Virus record (IMG/VR): IMGVR_UViG_3300045282_000084
Span: 1 to 64,000 of that record
Source: a virus
Strand: one strand, 5' to 3'
Length of the DNA stretch: 64,000 nt
Shown here: in pieces, positions 38,001-46,013 of the stretch
Position numbering within the stretch: the stretch's first letter is position 1
Layout of the letters: each line of letters begins with the position of its first letter
Made by a program: the position numbers and the translations under genes
Notes under the pieces: generated by a model
What the model was told of the DNA's origin: nothing
The model's database searches: none
What the model saw: only the letters and a program-made list of their open reading frames with translations

Positions 38001-38961
38001 CGACACCGAGTACGTGCTGAGAGCATCTGAGGCATCGGGCTACTCAAAGACTGTGGATGCGACCGAGGTTGTGGACGCGCTGTACGGCGACGCTCAGGGG
38101 CTGGCCGACAATGTGACCGGCGCGCAGATCACCTTCGAGCAGGTGTCGGGGCCAGACGTGCAGCCTGGGGCGCACATGTTCATCAACCAGGACTACGACC
38201 AGCAGAGCCAGGTCAACGAGGTCTCTGTGTTCCAGGCGTATCTGGAGAACCTTCTTGCTTTGCGGTTGTCACCCTGGGAGCAGCTTGAGGCCCAGTCTCT
38301 CGGTTTCACCCAGGCGATCGACACGTTCCCCTTGACCGGGGCGCTTGCAGCCTTTCGGTGGCAGCCGGGCGACGGCGTACGGATCGACATGCCCAAGATC
38401 AGCCAGGTGGACGTGAACCCGCGTCAGATCATGGGAGTTCAGTGGCAGCTCTCCGCCGATGGGGCAACTCAGCCCGTGGTCACCTTCCGCCAACGGCCTC
38501 GCGACCTGTACCGATCGCTGAGATCCTTGCAGCAGCAAATCTTCAACGCCAAGCGCAACTACCAGCTCCAGCTCTACGTCATGACCGGATCGATCGCGGG
38601 CTTTGGAAACCAGCAGCCCACGTCGGGCGGCTCGGGGTTCGCCGGGAATGCGATGAACGCGAGTCGGTGCGGACTTCCGCTTGATCTCGGCAGAGTCGTC
38701 AGGATGGAAGTCGTTGTCCAGTCTCTCTCTGGGAGCGTGGGTACTCCTCACATTTGGATCAACAGCAACGCTGGCGGAGCAACAGACACTGGGATAGTTG
38801 TAACCCGCCGTGGTCGCTATGATGTGACCGGGTTTCTTGGTCGGTCGAATGGGACAGATCAGTTCGTGTCCTGCTTCTTCCGGGACACGATGGGTACGGC
38901 GATCCCAGCGTCCGCAGCCTACGGTGGCAACTTTCACCTGGAGCTGCTCGTGAAGGGATAG
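35014..38961 (+). CDS. large minor tail/receptor-binding protein with PA14-like and LamG/ConA-like domains
   Basis: DFAVRWVGSI...GRYRVWVG (PA14-like); LVGYWP, FTITAWIR, WYHVAVTYDGSVARLYVNG, FEGRISNLVFYN (LamG). Confidence 0.75.
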   Translation: MSPDVVGSRLDLTLVSPQLCRLRLVQRMVATPSPGFPVYQVLNSAYQQQDSLGVNGPRGFSSGSYTDQLQLEGSFTLNFPNSEGEDGVLHRHRFMILTYPDYHVGDEWFEIWQEENLLFVGTPTGCQIDDQNIQITGVDGWWLLNKVRETAAGVWWHAPRDVMARYSQAWVGLVADNMMGHPWVFSSGAAQNDGNWRYTRAEQYGEGVRLRPNLPNTVAEVCYTPQVLNAGTGPTQKDWSVEWDFTRSDLYTPATVPTSDGATTASYIRIGFYLNSVASITNEIFELTISEGTIFARSGQPNTPNASWKINTKINTQATGLQTVKFEQRDYWMYIYTNTNLIACLPMHAANGQTLLPYQTSFLLPFFRLYAANLNGGDEWAVVQNFTVRQSMPLLQRHGDVSAVQNITITGATGGTYTISYKGATSGAIGFATNPSALVNAMSTITADGGVTVSGTSANWVLTWTNPGQRSALIATSSLTGVTPTIAISYGASAVGSSAFGSASTDTGDLVLPGSYPPDGITGYYEDCSDIVNLAGDDATDQTHMQTLNPLRQPYAERVDRSIFFGQSDHLIGGGWQPDGPVGDQDFAVRWVGSIYLDTSNADYVLRFSGGRYRVWVGSTRFQDALLDQWLGGIPATNQVSQTGWLVGTSINKGPLYGQKSGFFPVVIEWFESDYPPQLTYQFGSFGGPTFYSSSAWFIPGSVLYGPLQLTRANLVGYWPINSGMIGTGGGLNDESGNGNGFGFVGSTAVHTRWDKGPFVGTIAQNFNIDGAQSQYFSTTFNANLNPVNSKFTITAWIRLNGPALGNTNIIMQSARATSGYSLSINTSNQLQCVTNNASTLAGTTTFVANVWYHVAVTYDGSVARLYVNGILEAGPTAMTYTANTLGDTRVGAGGLFGSTPWTPSGAFEGRISNLVFYNTMVSAANILADYQQRFTVDPVALSPLGVYKANIRLDSHYNQVQTLLQAFGHQMTCAPRALESGEFPGVLAPHVRVGRDTEYVLRASEASGYSKTVDATEVVDALYGDAQGLADNVTGAQITFEQVSGPDVQPGAHMFINQDYDQQSQVNEVSVFQAYLENLLALRLSPWEQLEAQSLGFTQAIDTFPLTGALAAFRWQPGDGVRIDMPKISQVDVNPRQIMGVQWQLSADGATQPVVTFRQRPRDLYRSLRSLQQQIFNAKRNYQLQLYVMTGSIAGFGNQQPTSGGSGFAGNAMNASRCGLPLDLGRVVRMEVVVQSLSGSVGTPHIWINSNAGGATDTGIVVTRRGRYDVTGFLGRSNGTDQFVSCFFRDTMGTAIPASAAYGGNFHLELLVKG

Positions 38962-39023
38962 CCTGCGATCTAACTTTCCAAGTTATAGTTTCACGTGGCA
39001 CGTTGACCGAGGGAGCCGAAAGT

Positions 39024-39662
39024 ATGGGAGCCTGGAGCCAGTATTACGCCAAGGGCATGACGGGGTTCAATGACCCACAGGGATTGGGAATCCTCGCCCT
39101 CAAGACGCTGCTGTCGAAGCAGAAGTGTGGGCGCGGTTTGGACATGACCACACAGCATTTCGGGTCAACCATGGAACAGCGAGTGAGGGACTTTCAGGAG
39201 AAGGAAGGTCGCCTCCAAGTCGATGGCGTGGTGGGGCCGAAGACTGCGGCGGCACTTCTGCTTGCACCCAAGACACGTGCAGAGGCGATCGCCAAGATCC
39301 CCAACCGACTCGTGGCGAGAGTGATCGACGTTGAATCCGCCAACGACCCCGGAGCGTTCGTCATCCACGCTGACTCGGTAGATCGAGGGCTAGGGCAGAT
39401 CAACAGCAAACAGCGGCCCGACGTGACCGATGAACAGGCGTATGATCCCTACTTCGTCGTCGGTTATCTCGCCCGCGACTTGTCGGAGGCCGAGGCCATC
39501 TTGAGCGACTGGGACGCAGCCGTGGTGTCGTGGAACGTCGGTGTCGGCGGCGCGCGCAAGTGGCTCAAGGAGGGCAAGCCCATGCATCTGATGGAAGGCG
39601 ACTTCGACCTGGGAGCGACAGCTTCGCAGTACCTACTGCTCGTCCAAGAGCAGATCGCATGA
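39024..39662 (+). CDS. endolysin component: peptidoglycan-binding domain plus SLT-like lytic transglycosylase
   Basis: VRDFQ....L.VDGVVGPKT (PG_binding_1); VIDVES..DPGA...DRGLGQIN...DP...A..SWN.G. Confidence 0.8.
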   Translation: MGAWSQYYAKGMTGFNDPQGLGILALKTLLSKQKCGRGLDMTTQHFGSTMEQRVRDFQEKEGRLQVDGVVGPKTAAALLLAPKTRAEAIAKIPNRLVARVIDVESANDPGAFVIHADSVDRGLGQINSKQRPDVTDEQAYDPYFVVGYLARDLSEAEAILSDWDAAVVSWNVGVGGARKWLKEGKPMHLMEGDFDLGATASQYLLLVQEQIA

Positions 39663-40471
39663 GCGTCCCCGAACAGCACTCGACGGCCTATGAGGCTGTC
39701 GCGGTCGATGACAACTACCCGCTGCATCTGACCACGCCGTACAAGCGTGGGCCGAGGGTCGAGGTTCTCCAGCAGCACCTTGCCCGCAACCGTTTCAACC
39801 ATCCCTTCTACGCCCTCCCCGATGGACAGAGGGCGGGCGACGTGTACGGGCCTGGGATGGCGTCGGCTGTGCACCACGCCAAGTGGTGGCTGGGCTATCC
39901 CGGCTCCCACATAAACGGAATCGTGCGCACCGGAGCGCTGCTGTCGTTCCTAGTCTCTCCGACGAACCCACTGTATGAGCCGCTGCCTGCCTCCTACAGT
40001 GACCGACACCGCAAGCGCGTGGCTCCACCTCTGACGCTGGGTGAGAAGGCACTGATCAAGGCCGAGAGCCAGGTCGGGTACTCGCCGGGTCACTGCTCAT
40101 CGTATGCGCGCTGGTACGGGCTGCCATGCGACGCCTGGTGTGCGATGTTCCTGTCATGGTGTTTCGCCCAGGTCGGTGGCCACTTCCGGTACTCCTATGT
40201 GCCCAACGTCCTTTTCGACGCGGAGATGGGTCGCAACCACCTGGCTCTCACGCACCTACCGGCCGCAGGCGACCTGGCCATCTACGTGTGGGGTGGGTTC
40301 GGATCGGATCGCAACGGCGACCACATCGGGATCGTGCGGGCAACAACGGCCACCTCGGTGGAGTCGGTCGATGGGAACACCGGAGACGCCAGCCCTGGTG
40401 GTGGGGGACAGGTGTTGCAGCGAGTGAGGCCCCGCAGCTTGGTGCGGGCGTTCGTGCGAGTCTACGAGTAG
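39659..40471 (+). CDS. CHAP-domain endolysin with an N-terminal PG-binding-like region
   Basis: A.SQVGY, WYG...AWCAMFLSWCF (catalytic C), GDL, DHIGIV (H), SVDGNT; ATGA coupling. Confidence 0.85.
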   Translation: MSVPEQHSTAYEAVAVDDNYPLHLTTPYKRGPRVEVLQQHLARNRFNHPFYALPDGQRAGDVYGPGMASAVHHAKWWLGYPGSHINGIVRTGALLSFLVSPTNPLYEPLPASYSDRHRKRVAPPLTLGEKALIKAESQVGYSPGHCSSYARWYGLPCDAWCAMFLSWCFAQVGGHFRYSYVPNVLFDAEMGRNHLALTHLPAAGDLAIYVWGGFGSDRNGDHIGIVRATTATSVESVDGNTGDASPGGGGQVLQRVRPRSLVRAFVRVYE

Positions 40472-40480
40472 GAGGAGAGC

Positions 40481-40783
40481 ATGTCGGGTTTGGCAGAAAT
40501 CGCGGGCCTCGTGGGCTTGATACTGCCCATGATCATCGCGGTCATCCAGCAGGTGCAGTTCAGCCAGGCCGTGCGCAGCCTGGTTGCCGTCGCCGCCTGC
40601 GTGGTCGCAGCAATCATCGTTGCAGCGGCACAGACCAACTTCAACGCCCACAACTTCGCCGTCGCCTTCATGACGGTGTTCGTCTCGACTGTCGTCTCCT
40701 ACGAGCACTTCTGGAAGCCCACCGGGATTGCACCGCTGGTGGAGGGCTTCACCAACATCAATCGGGGAGCAGGTATCAAGTGA
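40481..40783 (+). CDS. holin
   Basis: 100 aa with 2-3 hydrophobic segments, YEHFWKPTG tail; follows the endolysins. Confidence 0.75.
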   Translation: MSGLAEIAGLVGLILPMIIAVIQQVQFSQAVRSLVAVAACVVAAIIVAAAQTNFNAHNFAVAFMTVFVSTVVSYEHFWKPTGIAPLVEGFTNINRGAGIK

Positions 40784-41619
40784 GCGGAAAGGCCACGGAC
40801 AATCTTGGTCCTCATCTGTTGGGGCGAAAGCCAATGCCCCCGGACGATCGGGACTACGAACTGCGCGACTTCCTCGACTCCCACGAGGAGGCCACCGACG
40901 TGCTAACTGCGGATACCACGTTGGGGGAACTGGTGGAGAGCGGCTGGCTCTCCTCCTGGCACGACGTGTACGCCGTGTGGGCGTGGATCAAGGCAAACCT
41001 GCTCGGCAAGAAGCCGACGCCGACGCCCGCACCACCCCAGCCACCGGTGACTGATGTCTCCTGGGGCGACCCCGAGGCTGTTCTTGACCAGGGTCAGACC
41101 GGCCACTGTGTCGGCTTCTGCGGCGCTCAGTGGGGCAACACGCTGCCGGTGGACGACAAGTTCACCAACGCTGACGGGGACGCGATCTACTACGCCTGCA
41201 AGGTGGTGGACGGTGAACCGAAGGCCGAGGACGGATCGGACTCGCGCTCTCTGTGCAAGGTGCTCAAGGCCAAGGGTCGCCTCGGTGCCTACGCCTTTGC
41301 CTCACACGTACAGGACGTGGTTGACTTCGTGAGCCTGCACGGCCCCGTGGGCACCGGCACGGACTGGATGAACGACATGTTCACGCCTGACGCCAATGGC
41401 TACCTCAACCCCACGGGAGGTGTGGCTGGTGGGCATGAGTGGCTGATCGTGGGCTACTCGGCGGCTGGCTATGGCACCGTCAAGGAGCCGTCGTTCGAGA
41501 TGCAGAACTCATGGGGCAAGTCCTGGGCCAAGGACGGTCGAGCCTACATCACCGTCTCCAACTACGAAACGCTGCTGGGCAACGGAGACGCCTGGGCGGC
41601 ACTGGAGCTGCCAGCATGA
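40780..41619 (+). CDS. papain-like cysteine peptidase (C1 family)
   Basis: VLDQGQTGHCVGF (Q, C), GGHEWLIVGY (H), QNSWGKSWAKDGRAY (N); GTGA coupling to the holin. Confidence 0.85.
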   Translation: MSGKATDNLGPHLLGRKPMPPDDRDYELRDFLDSHEEATDVLTADTTLGELVESGWLSSWHDVYAVWAWIKANLLGKKPTPTPAPPQPPVTDVSWGDPEAVLDQGQTGHCVGFCGAQWGNTLPVDDKFTNADGDAIYYACKVVDGEPKAEDGSDSRSLCKVLKAKGRLGAYAFASHVQDVVDFVSLHGPVGTGTDWMNDMFTPDANGYLNPTGGVAGGHEWLIVGYSAAGYGTVKEPSFEMQNSWGKSWAKDGRAYITVSNYETLLGNGDAWAALELPA

Positions 41620-42293
41620 GCGATACCGCTGAACTTCTGCCCAACGAGAAGGCAATCGTCGTTCCCATCGCCCAGATCACCGAGAATCCGTGGAACCCGA
41701 ACGTTGTGCCTGACCACATCATGCGCGCTCTCGCCATCAACATGAAGCGGGCTGGCTTCAACCAGCCTCTACTGGTGCGACCGATGGCGGAGAACACCTA
41801 CCAGATCGTGGATGGTCAGCATCGGTGGGAGGTGGCCAAGGAGGCTGGGTTCGAGGAGCTACCGGTGATCGTGCGCGAGATGACCGAGAGCGAGGCCAAA
41901 GCCCAGACGATCGCCATGAACAAGCTGCGCGGCGAAATGGAGCCTGCCGACGTGGCCGCTCTGGTCAAGGACATCATGGGCGACATCAACCTGGACGAGC
42001 TTGCCACATTCTCGGGCTTCCAACTTGAGGAGCTTGAGGCATATGTCTCACTCGCCGACTTCGATTTCTCCGAGTACGACGAGACAGGTGAGGACGACGA
42101 CGAGGGACCCAGCGAGGAAGCCTGGGTGACCATGACGTTCCGAGTGCCGTCCGACGTGGAGCCGATCATCCGGTCAGAGATAGAGCGTGTGAAGGCCGCG
42201 TTGCGGACGGAGCACGACTCAGTTGCCCTGGAGGCTATCTGTGTCAACTCGGCCAACTCGCCCATCGAAGATTTCATCGGTGGGGAAGCGTGA
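41616..42293 (+). CDS. ParB/Srx-like N-terminal domain protein
   Basis: NPWNPN, GFNQPLLVR, YQIVDGQHRWE, A...TIAMNKLRG. Confidence 0.85.
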   Translation: MSDTAELLPNEKAIVVPIAQITENPWNPNVVPDHIMRALAINMKRAGFNQPLLVRPMAENTYQIVDGQHRWEVAKEAGFEELPVIVREMTESEAKAQTIAMNKLRGEMEPADVAALVKDIMGDINLDELATFSGFQLEELEAYVSLADFDFSEYDETGEDDDEGPSEEAWVTMTFRVPSDVEPIIRSEIERVKAALRTEHDSVALEAICVNSANSPIEDFIGGEA

Positions 42294-42593
42294 CGGGCCA
42301 TTCGTGCAGGACGACGATGGTCGCCTTTGGCTCGACCCCGCGATTCTCGATCGCGACCGCCTGGGAGACTTCGACGTGATCGAGTGGAAGGGTCGGTACT
42401 TCGAGCTGCAAGGTCGCCGACCGTCAGACGGTTGGTGGTGGATCGAGGAGGTCGCAGGGTCACCAATCGACTGACCAGGGCATACGGTCGTGTGCCCTAA
42501 GCCACTGCGAGCCTCACGGTCAGCGAGGGTTTGGGGGTACCTGACCATCACCCGACACTCTGACGACCGCAAAACGCGATACACGAGGGCAAG

Positions 42594-42782
42594 ATGACCG
42601 ACGAGCTGAACGAAGATCCAATCGCCGCGATGGATCAAGGAATCAAGGGCTTACACGACTTCGCCCAGGCGACCCGTGCCTGCTACGACGGCCACATCGA
42701 GGCGGGGTTCACCGAGGAGCAGGCGTTTGCGATTGCCAAGGCGTGGTTCCTGCAAACGGCGAAGGTGGCGAACGATGGGTAG
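42594..42782 (+). CDS. hypothetical protein
   Basis: GAGG RBS; Y...IEAGFTEEQA motif common in actinophages. Confidence 0.6.
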   Translation: MTDELNEDPIAAMDQGIKGLHDFAQATRACYDGHIEAGFTEEQAFAIAKAWFLQTAKVANDG

Positions 42783-43209
42783 CACGCCGCTTGCGCATGT
42801 ACCGTCGCCCCTGCTCAAGCACGCAGGTTCGACAGCGACGGTGGCCGTTGGAATCGACGCTCAGGTTGTCACCACTCAGAGGGTGACCCTGTGGGCAGTG
42901 GGTCTTCTGCATTTGGTGCCAGCCTGGTGGGCGCTCACATCGAAGAAGGTTCTCGCGGTGCGAGACTGGTCTGACGTGGGCCGGGTTGCAGCATGCCTTG
43001 GTGCTGCACACGAAGTGATCAAGCTCCTTGCCCTTGGGCACAGGCCCCACCAGCGTCGTGTAGGCCACACGATGGGCGCGCTTGATGACGCCCTTACTGA
43101 CGCCGTAGACTCCGTACCCGTTGGTGCGTGCTGCAATCCAGATCCAACAGTCATCCACTATCTGAATCTTGTTCCAGAATCGTTCTGGAAGGCGACTGTC
43201 ACCGAACAT
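42709..43209 (-). CDS. HNH homing-type endonuclease (HNH_3) with C-terminal THC..GH / CRTC zinc finger
   Basis: RFWNK...CWIW...NGYG...AHRVAY...GP.P....DH..C....CCNPAH...V...ENL; likely start ATG 43209. Confidence 0.88.
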   Translation of the reverse strand: MFGDSRLPERFWNKIQIVDDCWIWIAARTNGYGVYGVSKGVIKRAHRVAYTTLVGPVPKGKELDHFVCSTKACCNPAHVRPVSHRENLLRCERPPGWHQMQKTHCPQGHPLSGDNLSVDSNGHRRCRTCVLEQGRRYMRKRRATHRSPPSPFAGTTPWQSQTPAPR

Positions 43210-43222
43210 AGAGGGTATTGTA

Positions 43223-43750
43223 ATGGGTAGACCGGCGAAACTCGACAAAGAGGCTGCGTTCGAGCTGTACTATAATGAACTCGGCAAGCGTCGCCCATTC
43301 AAGGAGATTGCCGAACAGTTTGGAGTTGCGCCCTCGACTGTCGCCAAGGTTGCTTCTGATCAGGGTTGGTCTCGCAGAGCGTTTGAGCGAGATACTGAGA
43401 TCCGCTCGGCGGTCGATAGGAAGCTTGTCAAGACCCACGCCCAGCGCGTTGTCGAGAACTTGAAGCTGCTGGACGCACTCAAGGCCATCTTCGCCAAGCA
43501 GCTCATGCCTGGGCAGAACGGTCGCCCCAACCCGAACCAACTTCGGGAGGTGTCGGTGCGAGAGTTCATCGACATGATCAAGACCGAGATGCTGCTCACG
43601 GGCAACCCGACCGAGATTCCAGGAGAGTCCGCGCAGGCACGCACGTTGCAGGAGATCGAGGAGGAACTGATGGATCTCCCCGACGAGGACTTGGACTACG
43701 AGATGCGGGTGCTGCTGGGCGGACGAGGCAATGGCGACAGTCCAGGCTGA
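43223..43750 (+). CDS. terS: terminase small subunit (HTH)
   Basis: AFELY...G..R....IAEQFGVA.STV......GW..R; overlaps terL. Confidence 0.7.
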   Translation: MGRPAKLDKEAAFELYYNELGKRRPFKEIAEQFGVAPSTVAKVASDQGWSRRAFERDTEIRSAVDRKLVKTHAQRVVENLKLLDALKAIFAKQLMPGQNGRPNPNQLREVSVREFIDMIKTEMLLTGNPTEIPGESAQARTLQEIEEELMDLPDEDLDYEMRVLLGGRGNGDSPG

Positions 43751-45221
43751 CCCGCGCGTCGTCCGCCGTCGCATGGCGCTTGAGCTTGAGCGCCTGCGCT
43801 GGATCGCGATGAAGGGACCACCTGCCCACCCAGACTTCGCCTGGGCGTTCATGCGCTACTACCTGCCCCACTACATGCGGGACAAGGACGGTCGCATCAT
43901 CCCCCCCGCCCAGTGGCACAAGGAGTTCTGCCAGTTGGTGTTCGGCACCATCGGCAGTCAACACGCCGGGTCGTACCTCGCCCCTCGTGGCTACGCCAAG
44001 TCCACCATCGTCAGCCTGGTGTTGCCGCTGGCGATGATGTGTCGCAGGCTCAAGCACTACATCTGGCTGATCGAGGACACGGGCGGTCAGGCCAAGCAGG
44101 CGATGCAGTCGATCACGGGCGAGCTGGACTCAAACCACCGCCTGCGGCGCGACTTCCCACACCTGCGTCCCACCCTCGACCACCGCTCGCGCCCGATCGC
44201 AGACCGCGACGACGACATGGTGCTCGGCTACGACAACGACAGCTCCCTGCGCATCCAGGCGCTTGGTGCTGGACAGAAGCTGCGTGGCCGTCGTCACCGC
44301 CAAGATCGTCCAGACCTGATCCTGATCGATGATCTTGAGAACGACGAGTCGGTGCAGACCAAGTATCAGCGCGACAAGATGGACATGTGGCTGTCCTCAG
44401 CGGTCATGGGCGCTCGTGGGCCGGTCACGGACACCTACCTGGTCGGCACGATGCTGCACTTTGACTGCGTGCTGGCGCGGCTATTGAAGCGCGAGGGTTG
44501 GGCGCATGGGCGCTTCGAGGCCATGACCGACCCTGGCGACTTCACCACTACCACCTGGCCCGAGTTCTGGCCAGCGGAACGGTTGGAGTCAGCCCGCTCG
44601 GCGATGGGTCCGCGGGCTTTCTCGCGCGAGGTGCTGCACCAGGCTGTGAACGAAGAAGAACAGATGTTCCGGCCGGAATACTTCAAGTGGCGCGCGCCTC
44701 CCATTGACCCGCTCCACACGACAATCCGTATCGCGGTCGATCCCGCCACGACGACCAAAACCTCCTCCGACTACTCCTCCATCGTGTGCGTGGCTCGCAC
44801 CGAGGACAAGGGCATCGTCACCTATGACGTGCTCGATGTGTGGCGTGGGCGCGTTCGTGGCGAGGACTTGCAGGGCATGGTGCGCAGGAAGTACGAGCAC
44901 TGGCGTGGCGCTGAGTACCGGCCGGTGGTCATCTTCGAGGCGACCCAGGCCCAGGTGTGGGCGGCTGATGCACTCCAGGCGCGCGGCATACCGGTGCGAC
45001 CGGTGAAGCCGAACAAGGACAAGATCCTGCGCGCCGAGGCCCCCGCCGTGCTGTACGAGACTGGCCTTGTGTGGCACCACCCCGACTTGAAGCACTCCTT
45101 CTTCGAGATCGAAATGGAGCAGTTTCCGTCCTCGGATTACGATGACTGCGTAGATGCGGTGGTGTACGCCCTCGGGGACCTGGCATCAGCACGAGTCATG
45201 CGCTTGCGCGCTGTCGGCTAG
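43731..45221 (+). CDS. terL: terminase large subunit
   Basis: APRGYAKST (Walker A), LRGRR...RPDLILIDDLEN (Walker B), VGT.LH.D, IAVDPA, DYSSI, EQFP..DYDDCVDA. Confidence 0.93.
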   Translation: MATVQADPRVVRRRMALELERLRWIAMKGPPAHPDFAWAFMRYYLPHYMRDKDGRIIPPAQWHKEFCQLVFGTIGSQHAGSYLAPRGYAKSTIVSLVLPLAMMCRRLKHYIWLIEDTGGQAKQAMQSITGELDSNHRLRRDFPHLRPTLDHRSRPIADRDDDMVLGYDNDSSLRIQALGAGQKLRGRRHRQDRPDLILIDDLENDESVQTKYQRDKMDMWLSSAVMGARGPVTDTYLVGTMLHFDCVLARLLKREGWAHGRFEAMTDPGDFTTTTWPEFWPAERLESARSAMGPRAFSREVLHQAVNEEEQMFRPEYFKWRAPPIDPLHTTIRIAVDPATTTKTSSDYSSIVCVARTEDKGIVTYDVLDVWRGRVRGEDLQGMVRRKYEHWRGAEYRPVVIFEATQAQVWAADALQARGIPVRPVKPNKDKILRAEAPAVLYETGLVWHHPDLKHSFFEIEMEQFPSSDYDDCVDAVVYALGDLASARVMRLRAVG

Positions 45222-45898
45222 TGGTGGACGACGATCAGGGCGATGATGGCCACGATCACTGACAGCGTGGACAGCACGGCCGTGATGTTGGCGCGAGTGG
45301 CGGCGGCGGCAGCCACGGTTGCAGCGGTGTTGTCGGTCTCCTGAGTCCTACTACCCGAGTCACGACCTTCCCCGCTGTCGAGCCGGGATTTGAGATCAGC
45401 GATCTGGGCGCTGAGGCCGTTGGAGATCGTGGTCGTCAGATCCTGGAGCTTGGAGATGGTCTCCGCAGTCGCGCGCTCTGACTTGTCGATCGCTTTGGCA
45501 TTGGACTCGTCCTGTTTTGCTGCGGCCTCTTTCTGCGCTGCGAATGCTGCATCTACTGCGACTTTGTTATCCCGCGCCTCGCGCTCCTGGCGCGTGTCGC
45601 GCTCTGCAAACTGCGTGGCGATCGACTGGAACTTCACGTCCATCAGATTGTCGATGCTGGTGAAGCGTTCCGCCATCAAGCCGGTGATGTGGGCGACCTC
45701 CGTCTGCACGACGGTAGGCACCCGGTTCACGGTGTCGCTGAGGAGCGCGGTGGCCTTGTCCATCGCAGCCAGCCGCTCCTCGATCACGTCCCTGATGCCA
45801 TCCACGTAGTCGCGCTCTGCGCGCACCGTGCGCAGTAGTTGCTCCGTTGTGAGGATGGTCGGATCTGGAACCGGGGGAGTCCCATCGTTCGTAGCCAT
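45218..45898 (-). CDS. coiled-coil protein with C-terminal membrane anchor; probably leaderless
   Basis: VDAAFAAQKEAAAK coiled coil; hydrophobic C-terminus; TAGCCT-6 nt-ATG upstream. Confidence 0.7.
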   Translation of the reverse strand: MATNDGTPPVPDPTILTTEQLLRTVRAERDYVDGIRDVIEERLAAMDKATALLSDTVNRVPTVVQTEVAHITGLMAERFTSIDNLMDVKFQSIATQFAERDTRQEREARDNKVAVDAAFAAQKEAAAKQDESNAKAIDKSERATAETISKLQDLTTTISNGLSAQIADLKSRLDSGEGRDSGSRTQETDNTAATVAAAAATRANITAVLSTLSVIVAIIALIVVHH

Positions 45899-45957
45899 AG
45901 TTGCAGGCTATCGGCACGATCGGATGTATGCTTACTCCCTCCGTGGCAGGGAGAAAT

Positions 45958-45994
45958 GGAGGGGGGCCGACCCCACCGGGCCGACCCCCCTTCC
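45958..45994 (-). terminator. intrinsic terminator-like hairpin after the AAA gene
   Basis: Minus strand GGGGGGTCGGCCC-GGTG-GGGTCGGCCCCCC (13 bp including G-U) followed by TCCATTT. Confidence 0.6.
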
Positions 45995-46013
45995 CACCCT
46001 GACGAGTGGGCTT

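Noticed and set aside
40126-40779. N-terminal extension of the C1 peptidase in the ORF track (similarly 39530, 41439, 51164, 51448)
   Set aside because: Overlaps real upstream genes; coupled starts downstream are more plausible
41616-42293. ParB as evidence of a plasmid-prophage partition system
   Set aside because: No ParA or parS seen; ParB-N proteins next to terminase are common and not necessarily partition-related
42475-42593. Intergenic hairpin AGGGCATAC/GTGTGCCCT as a pac site or ncRNA
   Set aside because: A single hairpin with no further support; function cannot be assigned
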